IMG/VR virus record: IMGVR_UViG_3300030202_000274
Span: 2,594 to 66,593 of that record
Direction: 5' to 3' (one strand)
Length of the DNA stretch: 64,000 bases
DNA from: a virus
Part shown: piece by piece, positions 1 through 10,435 of the stretch
Layout: each line of letters starts with the position of its first letter
How positions within the stretch are numbered: position 1 is the first letter of the stretch
Program-made: the position numbers and the translations under genes
The notes under the pieces: model-generated
What the model was told of the DNA's origin: nothing
Databases searched by the model: none
The model's input: the letters and a program-made list of their open reading frames with translations, nothing else

Positions 1-3000
1 CTAAAATATATGGTATACCTTGATTTCTTAAAGATGCGTAAGGAATAGCATTACCAAAAACACCACCTGCAAATCTAGCTAATTTAGCTTCTGTTCCATC
101 ACCAATAAGATCCATTGCATCTGCAATACCTCTTAAATAAGTTTTGTTAGTTGCATTTTTAAAAACTGACATTGCTGCAGAAGTAAACATATCTTGCTTT
201 TGTTGATCATTAATGTTTTGTGCGTTTTCTTTTAAGTCTGCAATAATTCCTAAAATATAAAATCGAGGATCCATTCTATTGTATTGTTTATATCCTATTG
301 ATCCATCTTTTTTTATATAACCTATTGAATAAGGTTGCCAACCAAGAGCCATCCACGCTTTTTTAATTTGAAAATTAGATGGTCCAGCACCAGTTAATTT
401 TGGAAAACCATTTCCATTTTTATCTACAAGTGATTCTGTAGCTAAATGATAACCATACATAGCAGCAGACATTCCTAACATTTGTCTACCCAAAACTTCA
501 GCTCTTGCTCTTCTATCTCCAGATTTCCAAAGATCCATATTTTGTTTTGTAAGTAATCCTAATCCTGGAATACGATTACTAAAGTGTCTCCAAAGATTAG
601 TTGGTGTTCTAATGAAAGGTGCTAAGAATCTAAATTCTGGATTTTTGTTTAACATATCTTGTAAAGCACTACCCCAATTCAAATGAGATCCACCTCTTAA
701 ATCATTTGTATAAGTTGATTCTCTCGCATATTCTAATGCTTCTTTATTAAAAGGATTATCTTTAACATTTGCTGCACCATTAGCATCAAATCCTTCTTTA
801 AAAATTTTATCTATATTTTCTTTACCTTCTTTAGATGAAAGTTTTAAACCTCTTTCCATAGTGTTATCAAGAGCATTTTGAAATAATCTTCCACGATAGT
901 TTGCTTGTTTTAAAAACTCATCACCTGTCATTAATAGCCTTGATGGAAATTCAAATATATTACCAATCCAATCAATTCCTTTTCCTGCTATACCACTAAA
1001 TCCTAAATTTTCTCCACTAATAGCTCTTTGTGCTTTGCCACCAACAATATTTAAGTTATCTTGAGTTCTTGATAAAGGATCAAGAATAGCATCACCCTGT
1101 CTTATTGCTAAACCTGTTGCTCTAATTGTATCCCCCATAGTCATAATCATTCCTTGGTATTGAGCAAAACCTAAACGAATTGATCTAGTATCAAACCTAA
1201 CAGCACCACCTGCTATTTGTTCTAGTGGTCTAATAATTGCTTCATATAATCCAGACTTCATGTTTAATGCGTTTGTATAAATTCCAGAAAGGAGTGAGTT
1301 AATATATAGTGAGTTAAATACTTCTATTGCTTTATGACCTTTTGTTTTACCAGAAGTTTCAATAACAGTTTGAACATTTCCATCTCTCCATTTTTTAGAA
1401 ATTGTAACAGGATCTCCAGAAAATCTTTTAACTATGTCTGCCATTTTTTCTACTTCTAATACATTTCCTTTTGAAGCTGATACAGGAATATTACCTGCTT
1501 GAGTAACACGAGCTGCTCCTCTAATTTGTTCTTTTAAATAATAAATGGTGTCTCTCAAGATTGCAGATCTTAAAGCTATTTCTGTTTTAGCTTCTTTGCT
1601 CCATTTAGTACCATCTTCACCAAACTCTTTTAAATATTTTTCACCAGAATTTTTTGCATCTAAAGCAATTTCTTGTATTATTTTTTTAGTTGCTAACATT
1701 CTAATAACTGCTTCTTTTGCTCTAGCAGCTTCCTTAGGTAATGCTCTTAATACTTCAGATTTATCTCTAGCCATTATTGTTGCAAGTTCATCAGCAACAT
1801 CATTTCTTAAAACATCATTAGTTAAAAATTCTTTTGCTTGGTCATCAAATAAATCAGATATATCATCAATAGTTTTTAAAACTTGATTAGCATTCTTAAA
1901 TGATTTTACATTTAATATTTTAGAAATAAAAGATTCTGAATTTGCTTTTGCATTTTTTTTAGATATTTCAATATCTTTTATAGCTTGATCTATATTTATA
2001 ATAGCTGCATTACCTTCTGCTATTTTCTTTTTAACAATAGGATCTAATTTTAATGGAGTTTTATCTATTGATTTTAGTTCTGATTTTTTAAATGTTTTAA
2101 CTGCTCTTGCTCCATCTTTAGATATAAACTCAACTTCTATGGCTCCTCTCTTCATACTTATTACAGTACCAACATTACCCCTATCATCTGGTGTAACTCT
2201 AACACCAACATCGATAGGTTTTAATTTTTGTTTCTTTTTAGCTTCTTGTAAACTTTTAATAGCAGCACCATACTCTTTATGAATTTTATTTTTATCTGAA
2301 ATATTTTGAGTTGCTTTCTGTCTTTTAAATGCCTTAATACCCATTAATATTTCTAGTGGTCCACCAATGGCAATACCTTCTAAAACATTTTTTAATCTTC
2401 CTTCCATTTCGGTATCATCTTCATCTGTTGCAAGATATTGGGTAACAGCATTGTTTAATAGTGGAGAATCAAATTCAATCAACATATCTGATAATCTTCC
2501 TTCATCTGGATCAAACACAGTAAGATCAGCAACAGCTCCTGCTGTCATTCCTCTTAATCCTGTTTTAACAACACCACCTGTTAAACCTGCTCCTTTTAAA
2601 AATTTGTTTGGTCCATAAAAGCCTGTAAGAAATCTTGACACACCTTCTGTGATATTTCCTGCCATGGTTTCTGGTTTTGCAAAGGTAGCTATATTTCTAT
2701 CTTTTGATTTCCATTTTGAAGGTGGAACATATCTAGGTATAAAATCTCTAAAAGTTGTTCTGCCATCATTATCGCCAAACTCTAGACCACCAAGATTTAC
2801 AATATTTTCATCTAAAAAATCACCTTGTTCTTCAACAGCATTAACAACACCTTTAGGTACAGCTAAAGCCATATCTTGAAGTGTTAGAAAAAAATTAAAA
2901 TCATCTTCATTTGGTTCTTTGACTAAACCAGAATTAACAGGTTTAATTGCTTCGTTAGATTCTCTTATTGATGAGAGAATATCTTTTGCTTCTTGACTAA

Positions 3001-3010
3001 GCTCTGTCAT
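1..3010 (-). CDS. Large internal virion (ejection) protein, >1000 aa, truncated by window edge
   Basis: ATG at 3010 (MTELSQEAKDILSSIRES...) just after the stop of 3013..4422; missing from the ORF track, consistent with running off the edge; position equivalent to T7 gp16. Confidence 0.7.
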   Translation of the reverse strand, partial: MTELSQEAKDILSSIRESNEAIKPVNSGLVKEPNEDDFNFFLTLQDMALAVPKGVVNAVEEQGDFLDENIVNLGGLEFGDNDGRTTFRDFIPRYVPPSKWKSKDRNIATFAKPETMAGNITEGVSRFLTGFYGPNKFLKGAGLTGGVVKTGLRGMTAGAVADLTVFDPDEGRLSDMLIEFDSPLLNNAVTQYLATDEDDTEMEGRLKNVLEGIAIGGPLEILMGIKAFKRQKATQNISDKNKIHKEYGAAIKSLQEAKKKQKLKPIDVGVRVTPDDRGNVGTVISMKRGAIEVEFISKDGARAVKTFKKSELKSIDKTPLKLDPIVKKKIAEGNAAIINIDQAIKDIEISKKNAKANSESFISKILNVKSFKNANQVLKTIDDISDLFDDQAKEFLTNDVLRNDVADELATIMARDKSEVLRALPKEAARAKEAVIRMLATKKIIQEIALDAKNSGEKYLKEFGEDGTKWSKEAKTEIALRSAILRDTIYYLKEQIRGAARVTQAGNIPVSASKGNVLEVEKMADIVKRFSGDPVTISKKWRDGNVQTVIETSGKTKGHKAIEVFNSLYINSLLSGIYTNALNMKSGLYEAIIRPLEQIAGGAVRFDTRSIRLGFAQYQGMIMTMGDTIRATGLAIRQGDAILDPLSRTQDNLNIVGGKAQRAISGENLGFSGIAGKGIDWIGNIFEFPSRLLMTGDEFLKQANYRGRLFQNALDNTMERGLKLSSKEGKENIDKIFKEGFDANGAANVKDNPFNKEALEYARESTYTNDLRGGSHLNWGSALQDMLNKNPEFRFLAPFIRTPTNLWRHFSNRIPGLGLLTKQNMDLWKSGDRRARAEVLGRQMLGMSAAMYGYHLATESLVDKNGNGFPKLTGAGPSNFQIKKAWMALGWQPYSIGYIKKDGSIGYKQYNRMDPRFYILGIIADLKENAQNINDQQKQDMFTSAAMSVFKNATNKTYLRGIADAMDLIGDGTEAKLARFAGGVFGNAIPYASLRNQGIPYIL

Positions 3011-3012
3011 AA

Positions 3013-4422
3013 TTAACTATCTTGTCTAGATTTAATTAAAGGTAAATAAAAATTTAAAAAAGCATTAACATCTGGATTACCTTCTTTATCAACATAACCA
3101 TTTAATTTTGATAAAGATTTTAATAGATTAGGATTTTCTGGATTTTCATAATACAAAGAAGCAGCAAGTTCAACTTGATTTAATTCTCTTTGAACATTAA
3201 ATTTATTTTTTTCTAAACTGAATGTAGTTAATTGTGGTAATTCAATTTCAGTATATTTGTCTACTAACATTAAATTTAATTCTTGAGCATATTGTTTTTT
3301 TTCAAAAGCTGTAGCATCACTATTAGCACCCAACCATGTTTCGTATCTTTTATCATATTCTGATTGAGCTTCATTAGCTAATGCTTTTGCAGTAGCACCA
3401 CTTTTTTCTAATACTAAAGAATTATAAAAAGAAGAACCAAGAGCTGATCTTTGAGCTTTAGAATAATCAGCAACTTCTGCACCTTGTTCAATTTGAAATA
3501 CTAAATCATCATGACCAATAGATTCAGTTAATATTTTTTGTTTTAAATCAGCAAATGTTTTTTCTCTTGCACCATCAACAACTTTATGACCATTCGATCT
3601 TTCAAATTTTTCTAATTCAACTAATAGTTCTTGAGCTTGTTCAAAGTCTGCATCGGGATCACCTTTAATAGTTAATGATTCAATTTTATCTTTATAAACA
3701 TTAAACATTGCCTTACTAAAAGTTTCATTATTTAATTTTGAATCACCTGGATCTATTGTTTTAATTAAATTAACACCTTCATTAGTACCAATAAAACCTT
3801 CAGCATCTGTAATAAATAAAGCATTATCTATAACTTCTTTTCTTTTTTTTAAATCATTCTCACCAAGATTGTGAGCATCGTTATATATTTCTGCAGCTCT
3901 ATATAGTTCAGATTTATATTTTTCTTTTAACTTAGGATCATCCGAGGTTTTATATTTACCAATGTTTGCTGATTGAGTGTCATTATAAACTTTAACACTT
4001 TCTTTTTCAAATGCTTCAAAAGATTGTTTCTTTAATGTGTAAACATTTTCAGCATTTTCTAAAAGCATTTGATCAGTAACTAATTTTTTAACTCTTTTGT
4101 TTTTTAAATTTCCTACAGTTTTTTGTACCAAAGGATCAAACTCTCTTTTAAAAATATCAATAGCTTCTGATTCATTTATGTTATCTTTTTGAGAATGTTT
4201 AATTTTATCTGATTCAGCTTTTAATTCTAAAACAATTTTTTGTGCTTCAAGTTTTTCTGTAGCATCTCTTTTTTTTACAGCATAATTAGTAACTGCATCT
4301 GCAGCAGGTAATAATGCAGCAGCTATGGTTGAGTTTGGAGATATTTGAATATTACTGGTGACACCACTAGCTTGTGTGGTCATTTCTGTTCTTCCTGCTG
4401 TAAATGTAGGTATCTTAGGCAT
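3013..4422 (-). CDS. Internal virion protein (gp15-like position)
   Basis: 469-aa helical protein starting MPKIPTF, between small and large internal proteins. Confidence 0.6.
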   Translation of the reverse strand: MPKIPTFTAGRTEMTTQASGVTSNIQISPNSTIAAALLPAADAVTNYAVKKRDATEKLEAQKIVLELKAESDKIKHSQKDNINESEAIDIFKREFDPLVQKTVGNLKNKRVKKLVTDQMLLENAENVYTLKKQSFEAFEKESVKVYNDTQSANIGKYKTSDDPKLKEKYKSELYRAAEIYNDAHNLGENDLKKRKEVIDNALFITDAEGFIGTNEGVNLIKTIDPGDSKLNNETFSKAMFNVYKDKIESLTIKGDPDADFEQAQELLVELEKFERSNGHKVVDGAREKTFADLKQKILTESIGHDDLVFQIEQGAEVADYSKAQRSALGSSFYNSLVLEKSGATAKALANEAQSEYDKRYETWLGANSDATAFEKKQYAQELNLMLVDKYTEIELPQLTTFSLEKNKFNVQRELNQVELAASLYYENPENPNLLKSLSKLNGYVDKEGNPDVNAFLNFYLPLIKSRQDS

Positions 4423-4427
4423 AATAT

Positions 4428-4886
4428 TTATCCGTAGGCTTTAAGTAAAGATTCTCCTGCTTTTGAATAATAAGAAATTTCTGTCATTTTAGCATTCTGT
4501 CTAGCAATATCACCTTGTATTCTAGCAAAGTTAGCTTCTTCAAATTTTCTAGATTTATTAATTTCAGCATTGTAAGCTATCATATCTTTTTCTAGTTCTG
4601 CTTGTTCAGCATTATATCTCATTACCCTCATTCCAGATCCAGAAAGTTCTGCACCAGATGTAGATATTTTTGTGATTACCTCTCCTTCAAGAACTTGAAA
4701 CTGTTTATCAAATTTAGCAAGATCTAATTCTTTCTTAGCTTCAATAGCTTCTGCTTCTTGCTCTTTGATTAAAGCATTTCTATTTGCAACACTTTGATTA
4801 AATTTACCATTTGCAGATGCTTGTCTACCAGCTATTATTGCTGTACCTGCTGAAACTACTGGTGCTGCTGCTGCTACCCAACCCAT
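4428..4886 (-). CDS. Internal virion protein (gp14-like)
   Basis: Ala/Gly-rich N-terminus, coiled coil, SGAELSGS motif, synteny. Confidence 0.65.
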   Translation of the reverse strand: MGWVAAAAPVVSAGTAIIAGRQASANGKFNQSVANRNALIKEQEAEAIEAKKELDLAKFDKQFQVLEGEVITKISTSGAELSGSGMRVMRYNAEQAELEKDMIAYNAEINKSRKFEEANFARIQGDIARQNAKMTEISYYSKAGESLLKAYG

Positions 4887-5338
4887 TAGAATAACCTCGC
4901 ATACATATATTGATCTGAACCATCAAAGCCAAATTTTTTCATTAATCCTTCTTCCTCTAAACCTAACCATTTAGCAAATTTTAAACCAGTTGTATAGTTT
5001 GCTCTTACAGCAGTTTGAACTCGATTGATATTATTTTCTTTAGCAATCCTTGCAAAATCTTTTCTGATTGCTTTTGCGACTAGCAAAGGATGATCTAAAG
5101 CATCTTTAGTAGCTAGTACCCAACCTTCTGCAACACCATCCCAAATAATTTTCATACCTGCAGCAAAGATGGGTTTACCATCAATCATACCTGTAAATGC
5201 TAAGTTATCTTGTTCTAAGTTCTTTGCGTTACCATCAAACTCCATATCCTTATCCATTAATGTATGATTCATCTGTTGCTTCATAATGTATGCTCCATGT
5301 TCTCCTTTGTATGATACTATGTTTAATATTCTATCCAT
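4886..5338 (-). CDS. GNAT-fold acetyltransferase-like protein (T7 gp13-like)
   Basis: GVAEGW...KFAKWLGLEEEG motif; directly after tail tube B. Confidence 0.7.
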   Translation of the reverse strand: MDRILNIVSYKGEHGAYIMKQQMNHTLMDKDMEFDGNAKNLEQDNLAFTGMIDGKPIFAAGMKIIWDGVAEGWVLATKDALDHPLLVAKAIRKDFARIAKENNINRVQTAVRANYTTGLKFAKWLGLEEEGLMKKFGFDGSDQYMYARLF

Positions 5339-7358
5339 CGTTAGTTTGAAGTTTAGGATATAAAGATAGTATCGTCAAAGGTAAAGGTTGGTTTTGTCTT
5401 ACAAATATAAAACCATCTGTCTCATAGTTTCCTCTAAACTCTATTTCTTTATCACCTGTAAATACATTGATCCCACTATCCATTGCGTTAGCTGAAGATC
5501 TAAATGGTATTCGTTCCATGTTATCTAAATCTGGACCAATCTCCACACCAATACTTTCATAAAGTCTAGCAGTAATTTCATAGATTCTTTTAGTTTTACT
5601 TTGTGATGTACCATTCTGCGCACCAGCATCTATTCTCATTGTTTGTAATAAAGATGTGTAGCTTAATCCAACTTTAACTTTAGTTGCAGATCTTTCTAAT
5701 GTGATCTCTCCAGAACTTACAACTTTGTTTGGATGCGTTGCGCCATCAGCTAATATTGAAACTGTTTGACCCTCAAGATGAGAAAGACCAGATATAGTTG
5801 TAACTGCAGATCCACTATAAGATAATTGTGAATCTAAAAAATTAAATGAAGTATCATCTGTTTCATCAAAATCATATTGATGAATAAATTCTACATATCT
5901 TTTTGTTGCACCATTAATTGTTCTTTTTACAATTACCCATGTTTGATATTCAGAATCATCTGTAGGTATTGTTGCAACACTTTCACAAACTGAATTACCA
6001 CTTCCAAATGCTCCACCAAATATATGTCTATGAAAAGCAACTACCTGTTGTTCTCTCTGATAAGTTAAACCAACTAACTGACCATCGTTTCTTGCGCACC
6101 ATATAACTTGATTAGGTTCTTGTTGATATGATAATTGTTTAAATCCAGTTTCTGAAATATGTTCGGCAAGGATAGTTAAGTCTGGAGCAACATAACCATC
6201 TACATCAAAGTTATAAGCTAGTTCTCTTAGTTTTCTTTTTGCTCTTTGTAAAAATATAGTTGCGTTACCAACAGCTAAAGCATCTACATTTGCAGCTCCA
6301 TTGTTAGATTGTTTTTTAATTAATATGTTTGTAGGTGTAATAGCATTATCAGTTCCACCCCCACTAACTGCAAACTCACCACCAGCTGTTCCAATAATTA
6401 AAGTTCTTGTTGCTGTCATAAAACGAATTGCGTTTACTTGGTTAGAAGCAATCGTATAAATAATAGCATCATCATCTGCTATAGTACCACCTCTATTCTC
6501 ATTCATGTTTTCATAATCACCAGACTTTGAAAAAAATATTGTTTGTGGTTGAGATAATGTTGCAGCAAAAACAAGTCTTTGTTCAAAGAAGGTTACGCAA
6601 GAAGGATGACCTGTAGTATCTGAAAATGAACCTAGCGACCAATCAGTTGAAGAAGTTGATGAACCTGTATCTTCTATAACTTGCCAAGTAACAACTGTTG
6701 TAGATGTTCTTCCAGTTATCTTTCCATAACCATCTCTAAATCTAACTAGCCTTCCAATGTCTGTTGTTTGAAAACCAGTATTACTATTAATACCTGTTGT
6801 TGATGAAGCAGTTAAAGTTCTACCAGTTCCAACTGTATGATGAGTTGTTGTTAATGTTGTTGATGTAATATTATCATCCATATATGGTCCATCAGTAAAA
6901 TCAACTTCTGTTAAACTCCAAGATGTATGACCTGTTCTAGCTAACTTTCTAGCAGCATGATTAGGATGGCAAAGATACATAACATCAGCAGATTGTGCGA
7001 ACTTAATATCAAATAATTCTGCTTCTAAATAAGGTGATGATATTTCATAAGCTGAACCACTAGATAATATTTGACCATCATCTTTATAAAATCTTATGTA
7101 CTGATTACCAAACTCAAGTATGTAAGTTTGTGTTGTACTAAACTCAAAAGGAATTAATCTTGTTTCTTTTGTAGAATCTTTTACTTCTGCTACAAACTGT
7201 GTACCACTTCTTCTTGCTGCGCTTCCATGAGGAAACACAATCATGTTTTCTAAAGTCTTACATCCTGTAGAATATTTTTGTAAATCGTTTCTTCCATCTA
7301 GTCTTGGAGATAATTCACCACCTGTAAAGTTCGTTAATTGAACAGCAACTCTAGCCAT
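5331..7358 (-). CDS. Tail tubular protein B / nozzle (phage A)
   Basis: NFTGGELSP N-terminus, FFEQRLVFA and QPLPLTILS motifs; 675 aa. Confidence 0.85.
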   Translation of the reverse strand: MARVAVQLTNFTGGELSPRLDGRNDLQKYSTGCKTLENMIVFPHGSAARRSGTQFVAEVKDSTKETRLIPFEFSTTQTYILEFGNQYIRFYKDDGQILSSGSAYEISSPYLEAELFDIKFAQSADVMYLCHPNHAARKLARTGHTSWSLTEVDFTDGPYMDDNITSTTLTTTHHTVGTGRTLTASSTTGINSNTGFQTTDIGRLVRFRDGYGKITGRTSTTVVTWQVIEDTGSSTSSTDWSLGSFSDTTGHPSCVTFFEQRLVFAATLSQPQTIFFSKSGDYENMNENRGGTIADDDAIIYTIASNQVNAIRFMTATRTLIIGTAGGEFAVSGGGTDNAITPTNILIKKQSNNGAANVDALAVGNATIFLQRAKRKLRELAYNFDVDGYVAPDLTILAEHISETGFKQLSYQQEPNQVIWCARNDGQLVGLTYQREQQVVAFHRHIFGGAFGSGNSVCESVATIPTDDSEYQTWVIVKRTINGATKRYVEFIHQYDFDETDDTSFNFLDSQLSYSGSAVTTISGLSHLEGQTVSILADGATHPNKVVSSGEITLERSATKVKVGLSYTSLLQTMRIDAGAQNGTSQSKTKRIYEITARLYESIGVEIGPDLDNMERIPFRSSANAMDSGINVFTGDKEIEFRGNYETDGFIFVRQNQPLPLTILSLYPKLQTNDG

Positions 7359-7361
7359 AGG

Positions 7362-7943
7362 TTAGTACCTTGAGTTTATAAATGTAGAGGCTCCCATTAC
7401 ATCTGCTTGACCATTATCTGGATTAGTATTGTAGCCTTCAGTAGCATCTACAAATCTAGCTTCTTTTAATTTGTCTTGAAACAAATTGTACATATTAGAA
7501 GCAACAGGATTAGAAGATGTAACTGCGTATGCAATATCAGCAGCCAATGCAGCAGAAATTGTTTCTCTTAATAACTCATCATATTGATTAGGATCTGTAA
7601 TTCTTGCTACATATTGTATCTTAACTGTTCCATGATTTGCTACAATCTTTCTACCTTCAATTTTATAATCATAATCATAATTTAAAATTGTAAGAACTCT
7701 CAAGCAATCTGCAGGTAAAGTAAACTGATAACTGAAACCCCATGATGGAGTTTCTGTATCTTTTGCAAGTTCAACTCTTTTGATTAAACAATTCCAGGGA
7801 TGAGATCTAAATAAACTATCTCTAACTTGTGTGTATCTTGCGTTGCAAAGTCTTGCGTTTTTTGAATCTTCTGTAAGTGTTAAGATTGTTGATGCACCAA
7901 GTTGATTTAATGCTCCATTACAAATGTCTACTACTGATGCCAT
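7362..7943 (-). CDS. Tail tubular protein A / adaptor (phage A)
   Basis: VDICNGALNQLG...HPWNC...LPADCLR motif. Confidence 0.85.
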   Translation of the reverse strand: MASVVDICNGALNQLGASTILTLTEDSKNARLCNARYTQVRDSLFRSHPWNCLIKRVELAKDTETPSWGFSYQFTLPADCLRVLTILNYDYDYKIEGRKIVANHGTVKIQYVARITDPNQYDELLRETISAALAADIAYAVTSSNPVASNMYNLFQDKLKEARFVDATEGYNTNPDNGQADVMGASTFINSRY

Positions 7944-7944
7944 A

Positions 7945-8145
7945 CTACTTCCTTAATATATACTTTCGCCTTATCTGTCTATCTTTTTCTAATCCCCAAA
8001 TTTCATGCTCAGTTCTTTCAAGTTTTGCATCAAAACCATGATGCACCTTACTTGTATTTTTAAACCTGTCTACCAATACATATCGATAAACATAATTATC
8101 TTTTTTAAAATGTAGTACAGGTTTTAATTCTTGTATTTTCTTCAT
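7945..8145 (-). CDS. Hypothetical protein
   Basis: Tightly packed in the late operon. Confidence 0.55.
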   Translation of the reverse strand: MKKIQELKPVLHFKKDNYVYRYVLVDRFKNTSKVHHGFDAKLERTEHEIWGLEKDRQIRRKYILRK

Positions 8146-8149
8146 GCAC

Positions 8150-8185
8150 TTTAGGGGGTTTCCACTCTCGCTTTCACCCCCTAAA
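8150..8185 (-). terminator. Stable hairpin after capsid gene (terminator or mRNA-stabilising stem)
   Basis: TTTAGGGGGT...ACCCCCTAAA inverted repeat; no clear U-tract. Confidence 0.5.
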
Positions 8186-8195
8186 ATTCTATTTA

Positions 8196-9059
8196 TTATG
8201 CTTCGTGAGCAAGTATTTCTACAACTTTTTCTTCTTCCATTCTAGTAGAACCGAATGCAGCAGAATAGTAAACTTGAGTAGCATAACCTTTGTCAGCTCT
8301 TTCGTCTATTCTTGCAGTTGAGTCTTTACCTACAGCAAGAGCAACACCATCTTGTGCAAAAGCAAAACATTTTCTTTTGCTTGAAGCGATTGACAATCTG
8401 TTAGATACACAAAAGTTGAATCCTAAGAATGTACTTAAATCACCTTGAGCCAATGCTTTTACGGTGTTAAAATCACTTGAAGTTACTTCAGTAGTTCCTA
8501 ATAGATCTGTGATCTGTTTAGGAGATACTACGATGTATCTTGGAATTGAAGGATCAACACTAGCTAAGTCAAGAATTTCTTTTGCTTGTCTTAATTTAGC
8601 GATAGTTAAACCAGCAGTTCCAGTTTCAGCTATTTTTTGACTAGAAGGTAATGCAACAGCAGTACCACCAGCAACACCTGTGTCAGCAGATCCAGTTGCA
8701 GCAGCAATAATAGCATCATCCATTGCTCTACCCATTGCAAAAGCAGCAGCTTGTGCATAGCTAGAAGTAGGATCTACTAACATTCTTACTTTATCTAGAT
8801 CATCAACCAAGTCTGCGAACTCGTAGTCAACAAGTGATACACGTCTTCTACTGTGTGGTGTATCTGCTTGAGGAGTGTTCGAGTGTCTAGTTGATCTTAC
8901 AGTTGCAGTAACGCTTCCGATTTGATCGAAGAAAGCATTCTTCCCTGTAACAGATTCTAATCTTACTTTATCTCTAAGAAGAGAACCTTTTTGTTGTGAT
9001 AACATTTGTATATTTGAACTGTATTGTTCTACAAATGCTTTTGTTATTTCAGTTGACAT
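8196..9059 (-). CDS. Major capsid protein (phage A)
   Basis: AFVEQYSSN...DDLDKVRML...FLGFNF...TRMEEEKVV; strong AGGAG RBS; follows scaffold. Confidence 0.9.
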   Translation of the reverse strand: MSTEITKAFVEQYSSNIQMLSQQKGSLLRDKVRLESVTGKNAFFDQIGSVTATVRSTRHSNTPQADTPHSRRRVSLVDYEFADLVDDLDKVRMLVDPTSSYAQAAAFAMGRAMDDAIIAAATGSADTGVAGGTAVALPSSQKIAETGTAGLTIAKLRQAKEILDLASVDPSIPRYIVVSPKQITDLLGTTEVTSSDFNTVKALAQGDLSTFLGFNFCVSNRLSIASSKRKCFAFAQDGVALAVGKDSTARIDERADKGYATQVYYSAAFGSTRMEEEKVVEILAHEA

Positions 9060-9158
9060 ATTATGTCTCCTTAAATGTTAAGTTAATGTTAAAACAAAAC
9101 AGAGACGTTATCAGAAATTCTGGCTTCTCTTGGATTTAAAGTCTTTTAGACTACAAGT

Positions 9159-9341
9159 CTATTCCTTATTGTCAGAAAGGTTCTTACGAATTGTCTTTCT
9201 TTTGTTAGGCGAACTTTCATTCGCCTTACAAACCCATGTATAATATTCTTCGCAGATTGGCAAGGGATTAGATTTTTGATTCTCTGATCCATTCTCTACA
9301 ACAATACGAAGTATTTCTAATCTTAGTTCTTCTTTATCCAT
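9159..9341 (-). CDS. Hypothetical protein
   Basis: Overlaps scaffold stop. Confidence 0.55.
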   Translation of the reverse strand: MDKEELRLEILRIVVENGSENQKSNPLPICEEYYTWVCKANESSPNKRKTIRKNLSDNKE

Positions 9342-10206
9342 TTTGCATTGTTCTTAAAGTAAATACTTGTTGAACTACTTTGTCATGATCTGGATGTGCT
9401 TTATTCCAATATGGACCATCTCGATCATTAACAATTTTACTAATCTCAGCTTCATAGTCTGTACCTCTGTCAACACTTTCGCTTTCAGTACCAACTAATT
9501 TATCTTCAGATAATATGTTTGCAATGTTTGCAAAACCTTTGATAATTTCTGGATGATCTCCTAATCGTGTACCATCTTTTAGTTCCATATCTAAGATTTG
9601 TGGATTCATATTTGCTTTAGCAACTGATCCAGCTTTTTTAATATTAGCATCATAGTTACCACCCCACTCCTTACGAAGTTCGGCTTCTGCATTTGCTTGT
9701 GCAGTTTCAGTATCTATTCTTGCTTGTTGTGCAGAACCTTCCATAGAGTTTTTGTAATACTCCAATATACCTTGAGCCTGTTTATTATTTAAACCTAGCT
9801 TGTGAGCATTCTCTGCAAAAGATTTTATTGCACCATCATCTAATGGAACAGTATCTGATTTAACTTCTAGTTTATATTTATCTGGTGATTCTGGTCTACC
9901 AAGTTTTCCATAAACTTCTTGCCATTGATCGTCTGTTGAGTTTTCGTTTGGTACTGCAACTTTGTCTTGACCAATCATTCTAGTTGCGTTGATATAGCTT
10001 TTAGCTAACGCATCTATTTCTGTAAACTTAGAAATGTTTGGATCGTTTCTAAATTCTTCTGAGATTGTATCTTTCCAAGACTTAGCAACAGTTGGTTGTT
10101 CTGTTGTTGTAGAACTAATTGTTTGTTCTGTTTGTTGAGGAGTGTCTGTAGTAGTTGTTGTCTCTTCTACAGGCACATTAGTTTGTGTTATCTGTTCACT
10201 TGACAT
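9334..10206 (-). CDS. Capsid scaffolding protein (phage A)
   Basis: Acidic/Thr-rich N-terminus, LGRPESPDKY, LRKEWG, HPDHDKVV; between portal and MCP. Confidence 0.8.
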   Translation of the reverse strand: MSSEQITQTNVPVEETTTTTDTPQQTEQTISSTTTEQPTVAKSWKDTISEEFRNDPNISKFTEIDALAKSYINATRMIGQDKVAVPNENSTDDQWQEVYGKLGRPESPDKYKLEVKSDTVPLDDGAIKSFAENAHKLGLNNKQAQGILEYYKNSMEGSAQQARIDTETAQANAEAELRKEWGGNYDANIKKAGSVAKANMNPQILDMELKDGTRLGDHPEIIKGFANIANILSEDKLVGTESESVDRGTDYEAEISKIVNDRDGPYWNKAHPDHDKVVQQVFTLRTMQNG

Positions 10207-10432
10207 TCTTGTTCTCCTTTTGCAGCATTTGTTTTATAAATAGAAGTACGCTGCGTTGACCTTCCATATATGCACTCTCATGACTATCACCTTTTACATT
10301 GGTGGTAGAATGATAATGACATCTTTTTTCTAAGTCAGACAAAACCTCTTTGCCTTCGTCTGTATTAAAAATATATTGATAATTTTCTCTAAGTTTTTTT
10401 ACTAGATTCTCTAGCTGTTTATTTGATTCCAT
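10196..10432 (-). CDS. Small post-portal protein (Bbp19-like)
   Basis: EGKEVLSDL...AYMEGQRSV motif and position. Confidence 0.65.
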   Translation of the reverse strand: MESNKQLENLVKKLRENYQYIFNTDEGKEVLSDLEKRCHYHSTTNVKGDSHESAYMEGQRSVLLFIKQMLQKENKNVK

Positions 10433-10435
10433 AAA

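Noticed and set aside
1545-2879. Plus-strand ORFs 1545..1886, 2367..2618, 2649..2879
   Set aside because: Antisense shadows of the large minus-strand virion gene; the same applies to 11484, 11715, 29109, 32404, 32686, 34044, 40533, 50016, 50304, 51707 and similar
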